Virus record (IMG/VR): IMGVR_UViG_3300027793_000005
Origin: an uncultured virus (IMG/VR IMGVR_UViG_3300027793_000005)
Taxonomy: Duplodnaviria > Heunggongvirae > Uroviricota > Caudoviricetes
Length of the DNA stretch: 20,000 nucleotides
Direction: 5' to 3' (one strand)
The position numbers and the translations under genes were made by a program. This document shows positions 1 to 7,745 of the stretch, piece by piece; position 1 is the first letter of the stretch; each line of letters starts with the position of its first letter. The notes beneath the pieces are model-generated. The model was given only the letters and a program-made list of their open reading frames with translations, was not told the DNA's origin and made no database searches.

Positions 1-990
1 TCGATTTCCGGCACGTACTCCAGACTCGTAAGTTGGTTCGCCATACGGCTGGCGACAGTCGCGTACACGTTCATCAAGTCAGACTCGTAGCCCTTATAGC
101 CGTCACGCTTGCGGTACAACTGCCGCACAGACGAAGCCGGGATCTGATCAAGGTACATCTCATACAGCGCCCGCTTGACTGCTTCAGGGGCGTTGCGGCT
201 CTTGAGGTCATCAAGCACACGGTTGAAGAACGTGCCCGGCCCGTTGTTCTGGAAGAAGTCCTCGACGCGGGCGAACATCTGCTCGCTACCGCGCATCGCC
301 CCATTGGCTACCGCTTCCTTCCAAGCGAGTTCACGCTCGTAGTTGGACTTGAACGACTGCACCACAGTCTCGTTGTTGGCGTCCTGATACCGAAGCCAGT
401 AATCCCCCTCACGGTAGAGCGGCAGGTAGACCCGCAGGCGCTTCTTCGCCATCTCACGCTGCAAGCGGTTGGCCTCACGCGGGGACAAGTTTTTGGAGAT
501 GAGCGTCAAGTATTCATCGGCCATCCCCTTGTAACTCGCCAGCATCTCCCAGTACATCTTCTGGAGATCAGTAGGCAGGCGGTTGAACCGCTGAGTCAAG
601 GGGTGACTAGCGAACTTCTGGTTGTTGAACTCGACCTGCAAGCGCGTCGATTCATGGGCGATCTCGTAGAAATCATCTTTGTGCTTGATGTGCTTCTTGA
701 TGACGTCGTTCCACTTGCGGATGTTGCGATCGAGGCCCTCCTTCCTGTCCTTCAAGGCGCTGGCACGGACGTTCAGCACGTTGAGCAGGCCCTTCAGGGT
801 GGGCAGTTCCTTGGCGAACATCTGCACGTGCTGGGGGAGCGAGGTGAACATGTACAACGCCGACCGCATGGCGTCCGTGATACGGGTCGAGTCCAACGCA
901 GCGCGTACAGCGATATAGGTCTTGTTGTTGAACCTAGGCTGACTGTTGATGGCAGCGCCGACGTTGTTGAGCGCCGCACGGCCCGCACGG
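1..990 (-). other. C-terminal helical region of the giant protein containing a PLxRFG-like motif
   Basis: YLPLYREGDYW at 396-428 resembles the Y-x-P-L-x-R-(F)-G-x-Y signature of the PLxRFG domain of phage polyvalent proteins. The surrounding sequence is helical and K/R/E rich. Confidence 0.6.
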
Positions 991-3900
991 CGAGACTGCC
1001 TTATGTCATTGGCTTTGGGGCTGAACTTGCCGCTGTTACCGATGGCAGACTTGACCTGATTAGGCTCATAGACAGCGAGGTTTTTAGCCTCGACGCGATC
1101 CCCTAATTGGGGTGAAAACATGCTTTCCAGCACATAAAAGCCGTCATGGCCGATCTTTTTGATCGCCTTTTGCACTGTCGGGTTCTCGATAGTGCGCCAA
1201 TCCCCGTCTTTAATAGCCGAAACCATCTCGTCCCAGTTAAGAAAGTCTCCGGTGGCCCTGACATTCCCCCCTGATTTGTCAAACTCTTCAGCAAGAGCGG
1301 CCTCAAGTGCTGCAATATGCTGCTGATTTTCGTAGTCAAACGGGTTCTTGGCGTTGACGTACACCGCGTAAATAGGGCCTACGTCGTAATCGTACTCATC
1401 AACCGTAAAGCGGTCAGCAAAATACGGATCAGGTGACAAGAAAATAGCCTTTGCACGCCCACCGGGCCGGAACACCGAAAACACTTTCGGGGAGCCGTGA
1501 TACATGATGATGGGGCGACCCTCTTCGTCCACCACCTTGGACCCACTGAACCAATCCCAGAAGTTCTTCAACCCTTCGATGCTCGGGAAAATAGGACGCG
1601 GACCCTTGAACCCCATAGCCTCCTTGATCATGGAAGCCGCCATAGTATCGTTAGGCGTGCCTAGTCCATCGAGGAAGTCCTTGACCGCCTGTGAAGGCAG
1701 GAACTCGGGGCGTTTGCCCGTGAGGTAGGCTGCAATCCGCTTCAGTTTGGCAGCGAGAGTTGAGAAGAACTTCTCTACGACAGACAGCGGCTTCTCGCTG
1801 GTCGTCATCCACTTGGCTACGTTGTCCGCGAACCACTCCGCAAACGACTTGAAGTACTCTTGGTCTTTCTCGCTAAGCACCATGTCTTCGGACAGGTCCG
1901 ACAAATCGGCTTCCGCCGTTGCCCATGCACGTACTTTGCGGATCAACTTGGCGGTGGTCTCACCCTCGTTCTCGGAAAGCCATGCCAGATAGTCATTGAA
2001 GATGGCGTTCCGCGTCTTCTCGTCCGCGTTGCTGAGCGCTTCGTATTCGACGATATGCCCAAGTTCATGCCCGATGTTTTCGAGCAAAACATTTATTTCC
2101 GTGTTTGAATCCACGAACAAGGCGTAGCCCTGCCCGTTAGGAAGGGGCATAACAGCGCCAAACGTATTCGGGCTTGTCGCGTCCGTCACCAGCCCTTCGA
2201 CACTGAATCCGTCATACAAGCCGTACTTGTCTGCGGTAGCGGTCAACGCCTCCGGGGTGGCCAACTCGACTTTGTCAAGCACGATGATGTTGGTGTTCCC
2301 AAGCCCGATCTGACTGACGATGGACTTGATGAACCCGTCAACACGGGGACTAAAGCGCGGGCTGACGACCACCTTGCTTTTACCAAACGGTCCTTTACGC
2401 CCACGCGGAGTCCCCCTCGCGGCGAGACGTTTGGCAACACGATCGGCCACCTCTTTCTTCTGCTCCGTCGTCGGAGCGCTAGGACGGCGTTGGGCTTGAG
2501 GAGCATTTCTGTCGCGCTCAGTTTTTCTCGGCAAGCCCGGAACATCAGGTGCAGGCGAGGCCTCTACTTTTTGCGTAACGCTCGCTTCAGGTGCGGTGTA
2601 CTTGACCGTCATCTGCGGGGGCGGGATGAACTTATCGAGCGCACCCACCTCGTCCGGAACCACGCCTACGCGGGCACCCCCACTGTAATTCGGTACGATG
2701 TAATTGTTCCAGTTATCGACGCCGACGTTGATGCAGCCATATGAGACCTTGTTGTCCGTCGCGTCAGCAGAAGCCAGCCGCTCAAGACGGCGCTCCTTGA
2801 TGTCCCCTGTATATACCTGATGGATCGCCATCGAACCTCGGTTGCCCTGCGCGTCTTGAAAAAACAGTGCAAGCCCGAAGTTCTTCTCTGGCCTTAGTAC
2901 AGCGGTGTAGTCACCAGCGGGAGTGATCTTCTCGTTGTCGAGAGTCTGATCGATCTCCTGCCCGGTCATCTGCTGGCCTATCGGGTGCGACAGCACATCC
3001 CCCGCAGCCTTGCCGTATAGCGCGGGGAAGAACTTGATCAACTCCCCGTCCGCTTTGAAGAGGAAGATCTGCCCCGTAGGCTTGTCTGCGATGATGAACG
3101 GAATACCCTTGTTGTCCAACATGAACCGCTCATACGTAGCGCGGGCAGCGGGGGACATGGCCTCTGCCGCTTCAGCCGGGGGGGCGGGTTTGTCGGCCTC
3201 AACCGTAGTCACCGTGGACTTCGTAGTCACGAACGTGGGCTTCGCGTTCAAGTTCATGAACGCGGAGTTGTTGAACACCGCACCCGTCGAGAGCAGTCCA
3301 ACTATGATCGCACGGACGATGCCACGCAGGCGGGCACGAACAGACGTGATGCCTTGGTTGACACCCTTGATGACTTCTTCAAGGAAACCTTTCTTGGCAG
3401 CGTCGTTGTACGAGTCCTGCCCGAACTCCTTGGCGATAACACCTTTTTGGGTCTCGCTAAGCCGATCGTGGACGAGGCTCTGCTCGGACTCAGATAGGGT
3501 CTGGGTCGGGGCTTCTTGGGCAGGCTCGACAGCGGTGGGTGCTTCCGTCAGTGCAGGCTCGCCGCGTCCTTCTCGTTCAGCAGCCCGTTCAGCAGCAGGT
3601 GCAGTACCCCCCACTCCTCCGACTGAAGGTTCCGCAGCACCGAGTCCTTCGGCGGCATCTCGCTGTACAGACAGATCAGGGCTTCCTGCAACTGCTCCAG
3701 AGACAACTTGCTCAGCACTGGTTGATACGGGTTCACTTGTAGTCTCCGTGGTGGGAGTGGTGGGTGTCGCAGCAGGCGTCTCCGGGGCTTTGCGAGTGAA
3801 CACCACGGACCCGTCAGGATTGTCGGTGCGCGTGAACTCCTGCTGGAGAACCCTGCGAATCAGCCAACGCAGCCCCTTAATGTCTCTCTTCGGGTTCTTG

Positions 3901-6125
3901 AAAGTGATGCTCTCGACAGCCCTCGGGGCGAAGATGTCGCTGCGGTACTCGACTCCGCCGATGACGCCAGTCCCCGGTTTCGGGTTGAGTTCGCCGCTCA
4001 CGGAGTTGGGGCGGAACCGAACCATCACGCCCTTGTTGTTACCCTGCCCGATCGCCAAGTCGGGGTCATCGGTGACGAACCCGCCGATATGTGAGAACTG
4101 TTTGTCCGAGATGAGCAGGTCGAGCAAGTTGTCCGCAGAGGTCTCGCGGAACAGCGGCTTGCCCTCCGCGATCACGTTTGGGATTATGACCGTGGGGCCA
4201 AAAGGGATTCTCTGGATCGAGTCAACGCGTGGGAACATCTCCTCTACTTTCGCCCCAGCGGGCGCAGGGACCATCTCCGGGGGCTTAGGTTCGGCAACTT
4301 TTTCTTCCGCTAGAGCAGTCTCTACCGCAACCTCTTGCTCGGCCTCGACCGTCTCCGTTGCCTTCGGCGCGAGCAATTTGAATCTGTCACCTGCCTTGCC
4401 ATAACGCTCAACGATGCCTTCGTCCACGAAGCCACGCATGACAGCAGCGGCCTTGGGCTGGTTCAGCCCGGTAGCCTCAGAGATCGCCTTGATGGTCGGC
4501 CTGACCTTGATGGCTTCAAGCGCCAAAGCACGTACGTCCGGCGTGGGAGCAGGAGCCGGGGCAGGAGCAGCGGGTTCCTCACTCAACAACTCCTGCTGAA
4601 CCGGGCGGTCAGCAAACGGCTTGACGGGGGCCGGGGCGGGAGCCGGAGCGGGAGTAGTTGAAGTTGCAACTGAAGGTGTAGTTGCAACCTGAATGTTCGG
4701 GGCCGGAGCAGGGGGAGCAGGGGGAGCCGGAGCCACCGTGACTTCCCCGTTCATGCGCTGCATGAAGTTCTTGTGAAAGACGTCAAGCCGCGTAGTCAGG
4801 TTGTCGTAAGTCCGCGACAGATCAGCAGAGAAAGCCTCTACAGACACGTTCCGCGCCGCCGCTTGAGCCGCAAGTTCCTCCGGGCTGAACAGAAGCGATG
4901 CCAGTTGTTCTTGTACCTGCTCCATCTGATCAATCTCTTCATAGACTTGATCATCTGTCAGGTTCATAGGCTCTTTGCGCAGAGCCTCCGGAGCATCTTC
5001 AGCCACAATTCTCGGCGGAGCATTGAGTAAGTCCTGTGCGGACTCGATCGGCTTGGGAGGCGGTGGGGGCGTAGACGCTTCTTCGGTCTCGCGCTGCTCA
5101 AGATCGCCCGGATCCAGCGGGACGGATTCCGGTCTAGCAGGCCCCATAGCGCCAAGCCCACCACCCAAGATCGCACCGGCAGCGCCTTCAAGAGTGGCCG
5201 CGCCCGCCACTCCACGGAACGTGGGGACGTCAAACCCCTCACGCTGCAAGGCGACGTTTTCGGCAAACTGTTCTTGACCTGCCTGAAGCGCCTCGGGACC
5301 GGCTTCCTTAGCCGCGCTCATCGCTGTACGCCGGATCAATCCTTGCTGAGCAGCCTCTTCCGCTGCCTTCCCCGCCGCTGCACGGCCTAGAATCCTGTTG
5401 GCCACAGCCTTTTCAAGCCCCGTCCCGGCTGCGAGGATGCCAAGCCCAGAGCCTGCCAGTATCAGATCGAGGTTCTTGCCACCGTACTCTTGCGCCTGCT
5501 GAGCGGTGCGTTCAGCCTGTTCTTCCGTAGCGCCAGTCTCAAGCAGCGTCTGCTTGGTGGCGTCATAAATAGAACTCTTGATGGTTCCCGCACCAGTCAA
5601 CGCACCGATAGTCGGCACTGCTACAAGACGCAGCACTCCACCAGCCAGACCGCCGATGATGGTAGGCACCGCCGTGCCCGCTGCCTGCGAAAGAGTATCA
5701 AGCGGAGCAGTAGCAAGCGCTTTAAGGCCTCCAACGACCTGTGCGCCGATACCTTTATCTTCCGCATCTTTCATGATGCGGGCGACTTCAGCCTGATCTT
5801 GCTTGGACTGGGCGCTCAGTAGCCCCTGCAAATAGTCTTCAACGCTACGAATATTCTGAGAGACAGGATTATCCGCACCGAACGCATCGGTGATAAAGCG
5901 GACACCCTGCGCAATACCTGTACCAAACTTGACCGGAACATCGGCTACGCTGCGGAAAACAGACTGTTCTTCAGGGGTAGGCTCCGGCGCAAACCCGATC
6001 TTCCCGGCAAAATCATCGAAAGGGATATCACTGTAGTACGCACGATGCAGCCCCTCCGCAAGTTGTTGATCGGTCAGATCTTGATACTGCGGATACTGTT
6101 TGCGGATTTCAGCGATAGTAGGCAC
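1..6125 (-). CDS. Giant polyvalent phage protein (>2041 aa, truncated at the window edge); probable virion-packaged, ejected protein
   Basis: Hand translation from GTG at 6125 gives MPTIAEIRKQYPQYQDLTDQQLAEGLHRAYYSDIPF... and stays in one frame to ...QLTSLEYVPEI at position 3. The frame was checked at 4140-4154, 2733-2822, 2055-2069, 1491-1505 and 396-428. An internal stop would have produced an ORF call in the track, and none is listed. Motifs: AIH...SYGCINV, HELGH...EWFAD, WFSGSKVVDEEGRPIIMYHGS...NQVKSAIGN, YLPLYREGDY. It follows three ejection-type genes. Confidence 0.9.
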   Translation of the reverse strand, partial: MPTIAEIRKQYPQYQDLTDQQLAEGLHRAYYSDIPFDDFAGKIGFAPEPTPEEQSVFRSVADVPVKFGTGIAQGVRFITDAFGADNPVSQNIRSVEDYLQGLLSAQSKQDQAEVARIMKDAEDKGIGAQVVGGLKALATAPLDTLSQAAGTAVPTIIGGLAGGVLRLVAVPTIGALTGAGTIKSSIYDATKQTLLETGATEEQAERTAQQAQEYGGKNLDLILAGSGLGILAAGTGLEKAVANRILGRAAAGKAAEEAAQQGLIRRTAMSAAKEAGPEALQAGQEQFAENVALQREGFDVPTFRGVAGAATLEGAAGAILGGGLGAMGPARPESVPLDPGDLEQRETEEASTPPPPPKPIESAQDLLNAPPRIVAEDAPEALRKEPMNLTDDQVYEEIDQMEQVQEQLASLLFSPEELAAQAAARNVSVEAFSADLSRTYDNLTTRLDVFHKNFMQRMNGEVTVAPAPPAPPAPAPNIQVATTPSVATSTTPAPAPAPAPVKPFADRPVQQELLSEEPAAPAPAPAPTPDVRALALEAIKVRPTIKAISEATGLNQPKAAAVMRGFVDEGIVERYGKAGDRFKLLAPKATETVEAEQEVAVETALAEEKVAEPKPPEMVPAPAGAKVEEMFPRVDSIQRIPFGPTVIIPNVIAEGKPLFRETSADNLLDLLISDKQFSHIGGFVTDDPDLAIGQGNNKGVMVRFRPNSVSGELNPKPGTGVIGGVEYRSDIFAPRAVESITFKNPKRDIKGLRWLIRRVLQQEFTRTDNPDGSVVFTRKAPETPAATPTTPTTETTSEPVSTSAEQVVSGAVAGSPDLSVQRDAAEGLGAAEPSVGGVGGTAPAAERAAEREGRGEPALTEAPTAVEPAQEAPTQTLSESEQSLVHDRLSETQKGVIAKEFGQDSYNDAAKKGFLEEVIKGVNQGITSVRARLRGIVRAIIVGLLSTGAVFNNSAFMNLNAKPTFVTTKSTVTTVEADKPAPPAEAAEAMSPAARATYERFMLDNKGIPFIIADKPTGQIFLFKADGELIKFFPALYGKAAGDVLSHPIGQQMTGQEIDQTLDNEKITPAGDYTAVLRPEKNFGLALFFQDAQGNRGSMAIHQVYTGDIKERRLERLASADATDNKVSYGCINVGVDNWNNYIVPNYSGGARVGVVPDEVGALDKFIPPPQMTVKYTAPEASVTQKVEASPAPDVPGLPRKTERDRNAPQAQRRPSAPTTEQKKEVADRVAKRLAARGTPRGRKGPFGKSKVVVSPRFSPRVDGFIKSIVSQIGLGNTNIIVLDKVELATPEALTATADKYGLYDGFSVEGLVTDATSPNTFGAVMPLPNGQGYALFVDSNTEINVLLENIGHELGHIVEYEALSNADEKTRNAIFNDYLAWLSENEGETTAKLIRKVRAWATAEADLSDLSEDMVLSEKDQEYFKSFAEWFADNVAKWMTTSEKPLSVVEKFFSTLAAKLKRIAAYLTGKRPEFLPSQAVKDFLDGLGTPNDTMAASMIKEAMGFKGPRPIFPSIEGLKNFWDWFSGSKVVDEEGRPIIMYHGSPKVFSVFRPGGRAKAIFLSPDPYFADRFTVDEYDYDVGPIYAVYVNAKNPFDYENQQHIAALEAALAEEFDKSGGNVRATGDFLNWDEMVSAIKDGDWRTIENPTVQKAIKKIGHDGFYVLESMFSPQLGDRVEAKNLAVYEPNQVKSAIGNSGKFSPKANDIRQSRRAGRAALNNVGAAINSQPRFNNKTYIAVRAALDSTRITDAMRSALYMFTSLPQHVQMFAKELPTLKGLLNVLNVRASALKDRKEGLDRNIRKWNDVIKKHIKHKDDFYEIAHESTRLQVEFNNQKFASHPLTQRFNRLPTDLQKMYWEMLASYKGMADEYLTLISKNLSPREANRLQREMAKKRLRVYLPLYREGDYWLRYQDANNETVVQSFKSNYERELAWKEAVANGAMRGSEQMFARVEDFFQNNGPGTFFNRVLDDLKSRNAPEAVKRALYEMYLDQIPASSVRQLYRKRDGYKGYESDLMNVYATVASRMANQLTSLEYVPEI
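999..1565 (-). other. ADP-ribosyltransferase domain (ART-PolyVal type) within the giant protein
   Basis: FWDWFSGSKVVDEEGRPIIMYHGS (His at 1497-1499), AIFLSPDPYFADRF, IYAVYVNAKNPFDY, GHDGFYV and NLAVYEPNQVKSAIGNSGKFSPKANDIR follow the motif order characteristic of ART-PolyVal. Confidence 0.85.
1650..2340 (-). other. Zincin-like metallopeptidase domain (MPTase type of polyvalent proteins) within the giant protein
   Basis: GHELGHIV (HExxH at 2055-2069) is preceded by beta strands (GAVMPLPNGQGYALFVD) and followed by EWFAD (1824-1838), a candidate third zinc ligand. The later VVEKFFSTLAAKLKRI amphipathic helix is typical of these domains. Confidence 0.75.
2655..3160 (-). other. YkuD-family L,D-transpeptidase-like catalytic domain within the giant protein
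   Basis: DNKGIPFIIADKPTGQIFLF...PALYG...TPAG...AIHQV...KERRLERLAS...DNKVSYGCINV...VGVVPD. The catalytic His (2820-2822) and Cys (2733-2735) are present in the YkuD H...S-x-G-C-I motif. Confidence 0.85.
3790..4250 (-). other. Compact globular domain between Pro/Ala/Thr linkers; possible divergent ADP-ribosyltransferase fold
   Basis: LFRET (4140-4154), FVTDDPDLA (4053-4079), GVMVRF and GVEY (Glu at 3948-3950) mirror the ART order of strand 1 (R), strand 2 plus helix, strand 3 and catalytic E. Confidence 0.4.
4371..4538 (-). other. Winged helix-turn-helix-like domain within the giant protein
   Basis: DVRALALEAIKVRPTIKAISEATGLNQPKAAAVMRGFVDEGIVERYGKAGDRFKLL has three helices with a TIKAISEATGL HTH turn, then GIV and a beta wing. 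It is flanked by PAPAPA linkers. Confidence 0.55.
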
Positions 6126-6131
6126 GGGGTA

Positions 6132-7745
6132 TTACCGAATACCGAGCGGATCAGTCAAAGACGTGGTAGCAGTAACGGGCGCTCCGCCTGCTCTGGTCAA
6201 TTGGTCGCGCTCACGTTCAACACCAGCGAGTTCTCTACGGGCATCGTCATATGCTGCTTTTTCTGTTGGACTAAGATCAAACCCCCGAAGGCTGTTTATA
6301 TACTCAGTCAAGGAATCAGCCCTGTTTTTCAACACAGCAAGCCTGTTCTTCACCTCGGTCTCAGGAGTGATCGCGCCCGGCGTGGGCTTCATGCCTGCTA
6401 GGTCGGCACGGGAGGCTGCACCGATTTCGGCAGCACGGATAGTGGCCCCAGCACTTCTACGCGAGTTCTCTACGGTGGCAGCAATCTGCGCGTAGTCCAC
6501 CTTCAACTTGTCTTCATGTTGCTGACGCTGAAGCATCTCAGTACGCGCCTGCTGGGCGATCTGCATAGCGCTCTTGAAATCGCCTTCCTTCTCAAGTTCT
6601 TCTGCCTCGCGCAGTTTAAGCATGGACTCCTTAAGCCCACGACGGTTGGCATCCATCTCTTTCTGGATACCGCGAAGCGCCTGAGTGCCAGACATAGCAC
6701 CCTCAGCCAACGCGCCCAAGAAAGTAGCACCCGGACGTGACGCGGCAGCGGCCATCTTGAACCCCGCCTCAGCAAACGCCATCATGCGGTCGCGCCCAAA
6801 CTGTTCAGTCAGTTTGTTGTTCTCGTCAGACAAGAACTGCCGCATCTCCTGCCGCGCAGCCCCAAGCCCTTCACGCTTACGAAACGCCTGAATCCGATCG
6901 TACTCACGGCTTTCCATGTCCTCGCGGGTCGGCTCGGCCGCAGCCTTTGTTGCAGGAGGAGTAGAAGCCATGCGGGTGCTGGTAGCAGTCTCGCGGCGAG
7001 GAACAAAAGCGCCGTCCCCCTGTTCCACAGGAGAAGCAGAAACTGCGGGGCTTTCCTGTGCTCGCTCAGTGGCAAGCCGATCATCTTGTGCCTTTTCAAG
7101 CGGATTCTGCGGTCCGCGTTTAAGAGCAGTTGTAGAGAACGGACTAGTGCTTTCAGGCGCAGGACTAAGCGCGGAAGCAGGAGCCACGCCACGGGATTTC
7201 AGTACTTGCAACGACCTATATGCCTGCTTATAAGCGGGTTCAAATTGCTTCAAAACCTGCTGCTTCTGCTCAGAAGAAAGCGAACCAAAGTTAGGCATCT
7301 GCTTGCGCACGAAAGATATGATGTCGGTCGTATCAGTCATGAAGTCCGGCACTTTGGCCCGCAAGTCGTCGTTGAATTCGTAGGAGACCGTACCACCGCC
7401 GTCAAACGCCACGATGCCGCCGCCTGCGAACTGAGCCTGCTCCATAGCCGGAGCGGGCATGCCACCAAGCCCCTGCTGCATCGCCATCTGCTGCTGACGC
7501 TGCTGAGCCTCAGCCATGTTCAACTGATCACGGATGGTGGGCGGGGTCTGCGGAGCCTGCACGGGCTGCTGCTTCAGACGCTGGAATTGGTTCATCATGG
7601 CGTATAGGTCCGCCATAGGAGCCACGCCCTGCGTAGCCATGCTCTTGACATACGCAATCGCCTGATCCGGCGGCATACCCTTCGACATCGCCTGCTGGAG
7701 CGAAGCCATCATGGCCCGCCCGGTACCGCTGACTGGACCGATCAT
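6132..7745 (-). CDS. Probable phage ejection / DNA-transfer protein (537 aa, coiled-coil, Gln/Ala/Met rich)
   Basis: SD GGAGGT upstream and an ATGA overlap with the 442-aa gene. Contains an FAGGGIVAFDGGG motif, a hydrophobic MMAFAEAGFKMAAAASRPGATFLGALAEGA segment and long charged coiled coils. It lies between the tail genes and the giant protein. Confidence 0.6.
   Translation of the reverse strand: MIGPVSGTGRAMMASLQQAMSKGMPPDQAIAYVKSMATQGVAPMADLYAMMNQFQRLKQQPVQAPQTPPTIRDQLNMAEAQQRQQQMAMQQGLGGMPAPAMEQAQFAGGGIVAFDGGGTVSYEFNDDLRAKVPDFMTDTTDIISFVRKQMPNFGSLSSEQKQQVLKQFEPAYKQAYRSLQVLKSRGVAPASALSPAPESTSPFSTTALKRGPQNPLEKAQDDRLATERAQESPAVSASPVEQGDGAFVPRRETATSTRMASTPPATKAAAEPTREDMESREYDRIQAFRKREGLGAARQEMRQFLSDENNKLTEQFGRDRMMAFAEAGFKMAAAASRPGATFLGALAEGAMSGTQALRGIQKEMDANRRGLKESMLKLREAEELEKEGDFKSAMQIAQQARTEMLQRQQHEDKLKVDYAQIAATVENSRRSAGATIRAAEIGAASRADLAGMKPTPGAITPETEVKNRLAVLKNRADSLTEYINSLRGFDLSPTEKAAYDDARRELAGVERERDQLTRAGGAPVTATTSLTDPLGIR

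Noticed and set aside
33..1106. 357-aa plus-strand ORF
   Set aside because: In-register antisense shadow of the giant minus-strand gene; no recognisable motifs.
3010..4404. 464-aa plus-strand ORF
   Set aside because: Ser/Ala-rich shadow frame of GC-biased codons; the opposite strand carries clear domain motifs.
4662..4688. Two GTTGCAAC palindromes 18 bp apart, near the wHTH-coding region, as an operator
   Set aside because: Explained by a duplicated VAT peptide in a low-complexity linker; intragenic with no promoter evidence.
1..6125. Virion RNA polymerase as the identity of the giant protein
   Set aside because: No DxDGD-type or T7-like polymerase motifs were recognised in the visible 2041 aa; the missing C-terminus cannot be assessed.
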